A stretch of 30,084 nt of DNA from an uncultured virus (IMG/VR IMGVR_UViG_3300007274_000042) (taxonomy: Duplodnaviria > Heunggongvirae > Uroviricota > Caudoviricetes), in IMG/VR virus record IMGVR_UViG_3300007274_000042; one strand, given 5' to 3'. Shown here in pieces: positions 19,216 through 26,328 of this stretch. The notes under the pieces were generated by a model. The model was not told where the DNA came from. It searched no databases and saw only the letters and a program-made list of their open reading frames with translations. The stretch's first letter is position 1. The number at the start of each line of letters is the position of its first letter. Position numbers and translations under genes: made by a program.

Positions 19216-20715
19216 ATGGCTATTGAAAATAGTGATCTAATAGCAGTAAATAGAGATGGAGTAGATTATAAAGCTAGCGTAGCAGACCTTGGTGATGCTA
19301 TTGGAGGCAGTGGTGGAGATGGGGGCAATGACTGCCTGGACTGCCTAGAGGCTGAGTGTAGGTATATCGGCACCAAGAATCCTGAAGAACTAAAGGACTG
19401 GCTTGGTACCAATGACGGCTATGGATACATTAACGGCTGTGATACAGGTATCTGGTCGAATTACAGCGAAGATCAAGACATCTTTGATATTTACATACCC
19501 GATGGCGATAAGAATCCCTTCTGCATTGACGCCTTTGATCGTTGTTTTGCAAATAAATACAACCAACAAGATGAAGAACATCATCTACATTACCGCCTGG
19601 CGGACGGCACTGAGGGTACATTCCAAACTGAAATTAGAAAAAGGATTGAATTCCCTGATAACAAAGCGCATATCCGAATCATTCCGGTAGAGAAAGACAT
19701 TCTCCCCAAGGACCAAGTCTTTGAGGTCTGGATTGATATTGAGGAATGGCCCGACATCACGTGCCACCACCCTGATCATAATGATTGGGTTTACTGGGAC
19801 AACATTGTCGGTGTACCTGAAGATGTAATGGATCAAGAACTGCATCTGCCGAGCCTGGTAAGGGCCTTTGAGCTTCGTGATAGCGACCTGCTCCTTATCA
19901 GCAGAAAGGGTCATGATTATGCCATTGAAGCCCGACATGCGAAGAGCTACTTCGATGGCAGCGTGCCTGAATTCAATGATGGACGCCCAGTAATCCATAT
20001 CATCAATGGATCAGATAGGTTGGAGTTGCGGGCCTACGACAGCAAATTTGATGGCAGCCATATGTGGTCTGTAGATGGCACGTATCTCAGCAAGTCTAAA
20101 TGGATTGAGGCTAATCAAGAAGTCATTATTGGCGTCAGTCAATATGTAACGCAACTGTTCGTTAGTCAAGATGGCAATTTTGCTATTGGAAATAAAACCG
20201 ACACAAGCGAAGTCTTGTACTTTAATCAGTGTTTCCGTGGTTGCAATAACTTTACCGGCGAAGGAATTGAATACTTTGATACTCGCAGCGCGATAGAGTT
20301 GGATTCCATGTTCAGTTCTTGCTATAGCTTTAATGGTGATGTAACTGGATGGGACGTGTCAAACGTCAAGGACATGCACGAAATATTCCAGTATTGTTAT
20401 GTCTTTAATCGGGATGTATCTAAATGGGACGTGTCAAACGTAGAGAATTTTGCGTATGCATTCTCCAAGTGTTACGTGTTTAACCAAGATCTTAGGGGTT
20501 GGAACACAATGAACGCCACGACCATGAGCGGCATGTTCCGCTACAACGATACGAATAATACTGACTTTTTCGAATCAGACAACTCTGATCTTTCTCAGTG
20601 GTGTGTCCCTCTCCTCAACTCACAGTACGCATTTGGAAATGTTAAAGCTGAACCGCCATGGAGAACTTGCCCGCGTGGTGAGGATAATCCAAGCTGGATA
20701 GACATAGCAGAGTAG
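19216..20715 (+). CDS. DUF285/BspA-type repeat surface protein
   Basis: 25-aa repeats such as MFSSCYSFNGDVTGWDVSNVKDM, FNRDVSKWDVSNVENF and FNQDLRGWNTMNATTM. Confidence 0.85.
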   Translation: MAIENSDLIAVNRDGVDYKASVADLGDAIGGSGGDGGNDCLDCLEAECRYIGTKNPEELKDWLGTNDGYGYINGCDTGIWSNYSEDQDIFDIYIPDGDKNPFCIDAFDRCFANKYNQQDEEHHLHYRLADGTEGTFQTEIRKRIEFPDNKAHIRIIPVEKDILPKDQVFEVWIDIEEWPDITCHHPDHNDWVYWDNIVGVPEDVMDQELHLPSLVRAFELRDSDLLLISRKGHDYAIEARHAKSYFDGSVPEFNDGRPVIHIINGSDRLELRAYDSKFDGSHMWSVDGTYLSKSKWIEANQEVIIGVSQYVTQLFVSQDGNFAIGNKTDTSEVLYFNQCFRGCNNFTGEGIEYFDTRSAIELDSMFSSCYSFNGDVTGWDVSNVKDMHEIFQYCYVFNRDVSKWDVSNVENFAYAFSKCYVFNQDLRGWNTMNATTMSGMFRYNDTNNTDFFESDNSDLSQWCVPLLNSQYAFGNVKAEPPWRTCPRGEDNPSWIDIAE

Positions 20716-20716
20716 A

Positions 20717-21418
20717 ATGAGAAATAAGATTGCAGTCGTCACGGCATTGGCGGGGATGAAACCTTCTGATGCCAACGACCTTTACGAGATACAGCATCAC
20801 TCAGCAGATTATTATGTCTTCACAGATCGGGAAGACCTTGAGGTTCCTAAGTGGTGGACTAAGCGCTGGCTTTATCCGGCTTCAATGGATAAGAAGTATG
20901 CAACACGAAGGGCTTGTAGAGCTGTTAAGCAGCTGACTCACATGATGTTGCCGGATTATGAGTATTACATCTGGCACGACAATATCAACCGCGTTGGGGA
21001 GGATCCCACGCAGATTGTTGAACGCCTAGGAAATAATGATATGGCGTTTTTTGAGCACCCTGTACAGAGAGGATGGAGAGGTGAGATGCAAGGAGCATCT
21101 GACAGGGATCACGCTGCCCTTGTAGAACGCACTTACAAATTGCTAGGAGATCGATTGCACATCCCTGAAGATCTTAAGGTCTATGAAACCACTGCTTTTG
21201 TTAGGAAGAACAACCGCACTGCTAACACTTGCTTTGGTTTATGGAATGATTTACTGAACACTCTTACATCTAGAGATCAAGTAACTTTGCCAGTCGCAAT
21301 CCATTATACTAAGCCTAAGGTTGGAGTACTACCTGGCCGTGCCACTGACCCTGCTGGTAATAACACAATACTGCCGAACATAAGCAAACCCCTTTACTTC
21401 AATGGTCTCACTAACTAA
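20717..21418 (+). CDS. Putative glycosyltransferase, DUF616-like
   Basis: IAVVTAL, DYYVFTD, LPDYEYYIWHDN, FFEHP and SRDQVTLP motifs. Confidence 0.7.
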   Translation: MRNKIAVVTALAGMKPSDANDLYEIQHHSADYYVFTDREDLEVPKWWTKRWLYPASMDKKYATRRACRAVKQLTHMMLPDYEYYIWHDNINRVGEDPTQIVERLGNNDMAFFEHPVQRGWRGEMQGASDRDHAALVERTYKLLGDRLHIPEDLKVYETTAFVRKNNRTANTCFGLWNDLLNTLTSRDQVTLPVAIHYTKPKVGVLPGRATDPAGNNTILPNISKPLYFNGLTN

Positions 21419-22028
21419 GATCCGCACCTCTTGGAATAAACCAAATAAGGAAATAGTAAATCTACTAAATGGCCTAGGCATCAATGGCTTTAGGTTTCCG
21501 GGTGGTACAGACAAAGCAACGCTCCATAACTACACAGGAATCTATTCTTACTTGTTAGATCAATACAGGTACATGGATTGCAAGCTGCTGGAGATTGGTG
21601 TCCGACAAGGAGGCTCTGCTTTGCTATGGCATGAATATATGCCAAGTGTTTACATGTATCTGGTAGACATTGAAGACAAGGTGAACAAACGAATTCGCAA
21701 GCAGTTAGATGAAAATCGTTTTACCTTTTACAAGATCGATGCTTATAGTGAAAACGCTCTCCGCACTTTAGATAAGAACAAGTATCACGTCATCATTGAT
21801 GATGGGAGTCATGCTCCTGATGATATTTTGTTTGTGGCGGATCGATACTATCGCCTACTCGAACCAGGCGGTGTGATGATTTTAGAAGACATTCCTGATG
21901 AAGGTCTGCTTCAAAAGTTGACAAACCTGTTTTCCCCTGAGCAACAGAAAGGAATCAATATATTTGATGTTCGTGAATCAGGCCGCTGGGATGATCTGGT
22001 CTGGACTATAACCAAAGAGGCAGCATGA
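21402..22028 (+). CDS. Class I SAM-dependent methyltransferase, sugar O-methyltransferase-like
   Basis: GTDK..HNY, LLEIGVRQGGS, IIDDGSH and LEPGGVMILED. Confidence 0.85.
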   Translation: MVSLTKIRTSWNKPNKEIVNLLNGLGINGFRFPGGTDKATLHNYTGIYSYLLDQYRYMDCKLLEIGVRQGGSALLWHEYMPSVYMYLVDIEDKVNKRIRKQLDENRFTFYKIDAYSENALRTLDKNKYHVIIDDGSHAPDDILFVADRYYRLLEPGGVMILEDIPDEGLLQKLTNLFSPEQQKGINIFDVRESGRWDDLVWTITKEAA

Positions 22029-22570
22029 TCTACACTTTTTGCCCTTATGACGTAGATAAAAACCTAGGCAAAGCCTACAACTCTTGCATGGACCTTCTGC
22101 AACCTGATGATTGGGCCATCTTTATTGATCACGACACGCTGTTTACACAACATGATTGGGGCAGGACTGTGAAGCGGGCTATTGAAGAGAACCCTGAGTA
22201 CGGTCTATTGACTGGCGTCACCAACAGGATTGGCAACAATTTGCAATTGGCTTCTGGTGTTGACAGGGAGAATCATGACATTGCTTATCACATGGAAGTG
22301 GGTAAGAAACTAAATAGATATGAAGTTGTTGAATTTGACCCTTCTTGGCAGCCTATGTCTGGCTTCTTGATTATTATCCAGAAGAAAGTATGGGATTTAA
22401 TTGGTGGGGCGAAGGACGGCTTCCTCGGAGTAGACAATGACATCCACAATAAGTGCCGGGAGAACGGAATCAAGTCAGGACTTATTCGCAGCTTGTATCT
22501 CTACCACTGGTACAGAGGCCAAGTGGACTTGGAGGAAGCCCGTAGCTGTGGAAAACTAAGGGGGTCTTGA
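22025..22570 (+). CDS. Putative GT-A fold glycosyltransferase
   Basis: NLGKAYN, FIDHD (DxD), SGFLII, GFLGVDND and YLYH. Confidence 0.75.
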   Translation: MIYTFCPYDVDKNLGKAYNSCMDLLQPDDWAIFIDHDTLFTQHDWGRTVKRAIEENPEYGLLTGVTNRIGNNLQLASGVDRENHDIAYHMEVGKKLNRYEVVEFDPSWQPMSGFLIIIQKKVWDLIGGAKDGFLGVDNDIHNKCRENGIKSGLIRSLYLYHWYRGQVDLEEARSCGKLRGS

Positions 22571-22635
22571 GATAAGCCCTGCTTATTAGACAGCTGATTT
22601 GACTGTGGTAGTCTGACGGTAACGCCTTGTGAAGA

Positions 22636-22660
22636 GTGGGTTCGAATCCCACCCTCTCCG
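22636..22660 (+). mobile_element. Putative attP core: 3' 25 nt of a tRNA (Ser-type)
   Basis: GTGGG-TTCGAAT-CCCAC is a T arm, CCTCTCC the 3' acceptor strand and G the discriminator. No GGAGAGG 5' strand lies upstream. The site is directly 5' of the integrase. Confidence 0.85.
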
Positions 22661-22670
22661 TTTTTCATTC

Positions 22671-22693
22671 AAACCCCACACTTTTTGGGGTTT
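22671..22693. terminator. Hairpin downstream of the tRNA fragment (terminator or recombinase-binding site)
   Basis: AAACCCCA-CACTTTT-TGGGGTTT, a perfect 8-bp stem. Confidence 0.5.
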
Positions 22694-22732
22694 AGCAATA
22701 GATTAACGATAGGCGTTGCTTATAACCCCACA

Positions 22733-23521
22733 ATGGAATCAATGAACGTTCAGGAAATGACGCATCGACTGAAGCGTCTGTATCCACGCATCAAAGCTCC
22801 AACAAAAGTTGTCTGGGATAAATCAATCAAACCAATTGCAGAGCTACAGCTACAAGACGTTGACGACGACGTGGCTTTTGAATATTTAGATAGGCATATG
22901 GACATCTGGAGTGAGAGCACCGTCAAGGCTCGCATCGGTACACTCAAAGGGCTATGGAATAAAGCACGGAAGAAAAAGATATACAAGGGCGAGAACCCAT
23001 GGCTTGACTTGGATGATGGCTTACAGATTGCGGTCCACAACCCCGAACCATATCCGTGGGAGCACTACGAGTACTACCACAATCATCCTTACTTTGTTTT
23101 CTATTGGTACACAGGTGCTCGTGTCGGAGAGATCGCAGGACTTGCTCGTGAAAACATTGTGCTTGATCACCCGATTCCACACTTCAGGTTTGTAGACCAG
23201 AGCAACCGTGATCTAAAAAATAAGACATCTACACGCTGTATTCCCATCCACGAAAACTGCTTTCCATTCATCGATAAGTTCAAGCCATCTAAGGCAAAAC
23301 ATCCTGGTTGGGGTTGGTCGCATAATTTCAGAAAGAACATGGGACTTCCTAAGGGAACTGCGGCCAAAAGTCTTAGACACAGCTTCCATACACGCTGCCG
23401 CGATGTAGGAATGCCTGGATATATTATCGATGCGATTACAGGTCACGGAAAGAAATCCGTCAGTGATGACTACGGAACGATTAAACTTGAGTTACTTAAA
23501 GAATATATAGACAAGCTATGA
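22733..23521 (+). CDS. int: Tyrosine recombinase / integrase
   Basis: YTGARVGEI (R), LKNKTSTRCIP (K), KSLRH (normally HxLRH), TGH and DDYG (Y). ATG 22733 preferred over TTG 22685, which lies inside the hairpin. Confidence 0.9.
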   Translation: MESMNVQEMTHRLKRLYPRIKAPTKVVWDKSIKPIAELQLQDVDDDVAFEYLDRHMDIWSESTVKARIGTLKGLWNKARKKKIYKGENPWLDLDDGLQIAVHNPEPYPWEHYEYYHNHPYFVFYWYTGARVGEIAGLARENIVLDHPIPHFRFVDQSNRDLKNKTSTRCIPIHENCFPFIDKFKPSKAKHPGWGWSHNFRKNMGLPKGTAAKSLRHSFHTRCRDVGMPGYIIDAITGHGKKSVSDDYGTIKLELLKEYIDKL

Positions 23522-24063
23522 TTATCGAACTGCCAGGTATCTTGGATGAAGATACCTGTGATGAACTAATTGAATACTTTGTACAACACCCTGAGCTTCG
23601 CCGTAAGGGTGATGCTCAGCCTAGGTTCAATGACGTAAGTATGGTAACAAGTGAAATCCGTGGCCCTCTGCTTACAAAAGTAGCTGCCTTGACTAATCGT
23701 TTGATTATCAAAGCAGCTAAGTTTTATAACCTGGAGGAGGTCTACTTAGACTTCCAATCTATTGCTAAATGGGAGCAGGGGCAGCACATGGACTTCCATG
23801 CTGACAACTGCACTGAAACAAAGGAGCCACATTGGTATTGCCACTGGCGTAACTACAGCTCAATCTTGTATCTCAACCACGACTATGACGGTGGTGAGAC
23901 GTTGTTTAAAAACCAGCAGCAGAAAACAGTCCCTGTAAAGGGCACCGCGATTTTGTTCCCCGCAAGCTACGGGTACACCCATGGTGTGGCCAAGGTAACG
24001 TCAGGCACTAGATATACCGTGTCTTCCTGGTTCACTAGTGATGCCAAGCACTGTGCTTGTTAG
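23518..24063 (+). CDS. 2OG-Fe(II) oxygenase, prolyl 4-hydroxylase-like
   Basis: FHAD, SSILYLNHDYDGGET, YTHGV and GTRYTVSSWF; ATGA overlap with the integrase stop. Confidence 0.9.
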   Translation: MIIELPGILDEDTCDELIEYFVQHPELRRKGDAQPRFNDVSMVTSEIRGPLLTKVAALTNRLIIKAAKFYNLEEVYLDFQSIAKWEQGQHMDFHADNCTETKEPHWYCHWRNYSSILYLNHDYDGGETLFKNQQQKTVPVKGTAILFPASYGYTHGVAKVTSGTRYTVSSWFTSDAKHCAC

Positions 24064-24181
24064 CTACGTTGCTACGCTAACTACCGTAGTTTCCTATAAC
24101 CTCTAATTAAATATAGGCACTACGTAGTTACTCTATCCTTTTTAATTAAACAGTTATAGGGAGTAGCGTAGCTAGCGTAGT
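24063..24181. repeat. ~120 bp imperfect palindrome between convergent genes
   Basis: Paired blocks CTACG/CGTAG, GCTACGCTA/TAGCGTAGC, CCTATAAC/GTTATAGG and TAATTAAA/TTTAATTA around a central ACTACGTAGT. Confidence 0.85.
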
Positions 24182-24189
24182 TTTGTAGT

Positions 24190-24591
24190 TTAGTAGTCGT
24201 CTTCGCCCCAGTCTTCTCCGACTCCATAGTCAAGAGTAAGTTCACTGCCTGCTGGAATATCTTCCAATGCGTAGTGACGCATGACTTCGTTAACTACATC
24301 TAGTTCGTAGGCGCAGTTAAAGTTTTCTGAGTCGTGGTTGTAGAGCGGAGCAAAGCCAAAGCCAATGACGCACTCGTCTACTTGATCGCTGACGCCATCA
24401 GAAGAGTACGAATAGCGGACAACGATGTCTGATTTCTTTAGTTCTTTCGCAGGGAAAGTGCAGTATGGTGCTTCTTGAATAACATCATAAGCTTTAATGT
24501 CTTGATCAGTAAATACACCCCATCGATGGATCTCAGACTTAGCGATGAAGATGCCTGGGTTGAGGTAGAGCTCTTCTTTTTCAAGGTTCAT
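24190..24591 (-). CDS. SET-domain protein-lysine methyltransferase
   Basis: KSEIHRWGVFTDQDI, LYNHD..NC and YALEDIPAGSELTLDYG. Start is ATG 24591 (or TTG 24600). Confidence 0.9.
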   Translation of the reverse strand: MNLEKEELYLNPGIFIAKSEIHRWGVFTDQDIKAYDVIQEAPYCTFPAKELKKSDIVVRYSYSSDGVSDQVDECVIGFGFAPLYNHDSENFNCAYELDVVNEVMRHYALEDIPAGSELTLDYGVGEDWGEDDY

Positions 24592-24688
24592 ATGTAACAA
24601 TCAACTAGGAATAGTCTACTAAATACAAAGTCAATACATGAGAAGAACGCAACATTGCTAATCTTTAAGCAGTTGCCTAATAACAACT

Positions 24689-25141
24689 ATGGGAATTGCT
24701 GAAGACTGGAAGGACTTAATGTTCGACCTGAGTTGCCTCTCCAAGCAGGTAGCCAAACGACGCTTCAAACGAGAAATTAAATACGGCTGGGGTGGGCTCT
24801 GTGCCTACTGCCGATGTAATCGGGCCGACACACTGGACCATTTAAAACCAAAGTCAAAGGGGGGCTCAAGTCTGAGAAGTAACTTGATCCCTGCCTGTAG
24901 GGCTTGTAACCACTCAAAAGGATCCCAACCTTGGTTAGTATGGTTCCAAGAGCAACAATTCTATAACGAAGTTGCAAAAGAACTTATCGAAGAATGGATT
25001 ACAAACAAACGATTTATGGAGGACGAGTTAGATGGAATCACCGTTAACAATCGAACAACGGTTTGCGCTGACCCGAGCCCGTTACGAAGTAGGCCGCATG
25101 AGCCGCCCCGCCTTGGAGAAGACTGCCTTGCGGCTGCTTAA
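24689..25141 (+). CDS. HNH endonuclease
   Basis: CAYC...TLDHLKPKSKGG...NLIPACRACNHSKG. Confidence 0.92.
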   Translation: MGIAEDWKDLMFDLSCLSKQVAKRRFKREIKYGWGGLCAYCRCNRADTLDHLKPKSKGGSSLRSNLIPACRACNHSKGSQPWLVWFQEQQFYNEVAKELIEEWITNKRFMEDELDGITVNNRTTVCADPSPLRSRPHEPPRLGEDCLAAA

Positions 25142-25367
25142 GTCAAGGATGGAACAGAAGAATGGTGTTCAGCAAACACTGATGCAGAACGGCATCATGT
25201 TCAAGATTGATGAGCAGCAGGCTGGTCTCCCTGAGATTATTTCTGAGGAGACCTTCATTGATCTCTTGGAGCTCAACGTAGAAGATGACGAGATGCCTAC
25301 AGACATCAACGACATTGGTTGGGAAGATGATGATCTCGATGACGATGGTCTCACCTTTGCTGAATAA
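25032..25367 (+). CDS. Hypothetical protein with acidic C-terminus
   Basis: 111-aa ORF overlapping the HNH 3' end by 110 nt. Confidence 0.7.
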   Translation: MESPLTIEQRFALTRARYEVGRMSRPALEKTALRLLKSRMEQKNGVQQTLMQNGIMFKIDEQQAGLPEIISEETFIDLLELNVEDDEMPTDINDIGWEDDDLDDDGLTFAE

Positions 25368-25399
25368 TAGTTAGACTTCGGTTAGTTATATATCAAGTA

Positions 25400-25600
25400 A
25401 TGGAATATCTCGCAGGCCCTATTGTTGCTGCTTTGTTTGGAGTAGCAACACTACGTAAGTGCCAGCTACAGGATAAAAAAATGAATCAGATCCAGCAACA
25501 GCTGGACCAAGTAGACGTGGAACTTAGTAAGAAAGTAATGGCTACGATGTTCCCTGTAGCTCAGGCAGTGAAGAAGCTGAACGATACAGTCGGCGTATAA
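25400..25600 (+). CDS. Small protein with N-terminal hydrophobic segment and coiled coil
   Basis: 66 aa; LAGPIVAALFGVATL. Confidence 0.65.
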   Translation: MEYLAGPIVAALFGVATLRKCQLQDKKMNQIQQQLDQVDVELSKKVMATMFPVAQAVKKLNDTVGV

Positions 25601-25625
25601 TAGTTAAGTAACTAGTAATAATCCT

Positions 25626-26006
25626 GTGTCTGCACAAGAGTTTAGGAATCAACCGCTAGATAGACGCAGGCTAAGTGAACCATCACGCAGTCAGTATCAG
25701 CCTCAAAGCACGCAGGAAGCGCTCTCTAGGGTGAAGTCATATCGAGCTAGCAATAACTATCAAGCTAACAGACCACCCAATACAACAGAGCAGAAGCCTG
25801 GTACTGGTGGTATGTATCCAGGACGTTACGCACAGGCAGACAGGAAGAACGCTGAGTCTGCTAAGGAGGCTCGTGCAGAGTCAATGAGAGCTGATGATCC
25901 AGGTGACTTCAGTGCAGACAAGAATGAGTATGAAGACAGCAGGGATCAGAAGCCTGCTGTTACAGCTGATGCGTTAGCTGCTGAGGCTAAGGGGAAATAT
26001 TTTTAA
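25626..26006 (+). CDS. Hypothetical hydrophilic protein
   Basis: 126-aa ORF; TATAAT at 25596-25601, 30 nt upstream of the GTG. Confidence 0.65.
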   Translation: MSAQEFRNQPLDRRRLSEPSRSQYQPQSTQEALSRVKSYRASNNYQANRPPNTTEQKPGTGGMYPGRYAQADRKNAESAKEARAESMRADDPGDFSADKNEYEDSRDQKPAVTADALAAEAKGKYF

Positions 26007-26010
26007 ACAT

Positions 26011-26037
26011 AAAAAAAGACCCTGCGTCAGCAGGGCC
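26011..26037 (-). terminator. Rho-independent terminator
   Basis: Minus strand GGCCCTGC-TGAC-GCAGGGTC followed by T7, 8 nt after the stop at 26046. Confidence 0.85.
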
Positions 26038-26045
26038 TAAGGATT

Positions 26046-26210
26046 TTATTTAGTGTAAGAACGACCGCGATAACAGAAGGTGCCGTGCACTCTGTCTCCG
26101 CCTTCATGGACTTTACAGTCAGTACCGCGATAGCGGGTCAGGTGGATTTGTGCGTCGTGTGTAGCAGCAGCTTTTTGAATCTGCTTTTTGATGATATTGA
26201 GTGTGTTCAT
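26046..26210 (-). CDS. 54-aa DUF4278-like small protein (two YRG motifs)
   Basis: MNTLNIIKKQIQKAAATHDAQIHLTRYRGTDCKVHEGGDRVHGTFCYRGRSYTK; GGAG SD upstream; absent from the ORF track. Confidence 0.85.
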   Translation of the reverse strand: MNTLNIIKKQIQKAAATHDAQIHLTRYRGTDCKVHEGGDRVHGTFCYRGRSYTK

Positions 26211-26239
26211 TGGAAATCTCCAGTAAGTGTGAAATTTCC

Positions 26240-26286
26240 CGTTCCTTCGGCGTGAGCCTACTTGCGTCCCCGTTAGGGGATGAACG
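26240..26286 (-). ncRNA. Glutamine riboswitch aptamer (glnA / class I architecture)
   Basis: CGUUC-A-[UCCCC UAAC GGGGA]-CGCAAGUA-[GGC UCAC GCC]-GAAG-GAACG: P1, P2, P3 and an E-loop (AGUA/GAA). Confidence 0.85.
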
Positions 26287-26296
26287 ATATACTTCT

Positions 26297-26313
26297 ATTG
26301 TATTAATTGATAC
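26297..26313 (-). promoter_or_regulatory. NtcA box (GTA-N8-TAC) overlapping a TACAAT -10 element
   Basis: Minus strand GTA-TCAATTAA-TAC (26313-26300); -10 TACAAT at 26302-26297; predicted TSS near 26290, just before the aptamer. Confidence 0.75.
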
Positions 26314-26328
26314 TGTTTATGGCGAACA

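Noticed and set aside
22575..22660. Full-length tRNA gene
   Set aside because: Only the T arm and 3' acceptor strand are present; there is no matching 5' strand, D arm or anticodon arm.
22733..24181. Protelomerase plus palindromic telomere site
   Set aside because: The protein is short, has integrase-type motifs and sits beside a tRNA-derived att. The palindrome is too imperfect near its centre for a typical resolution site.
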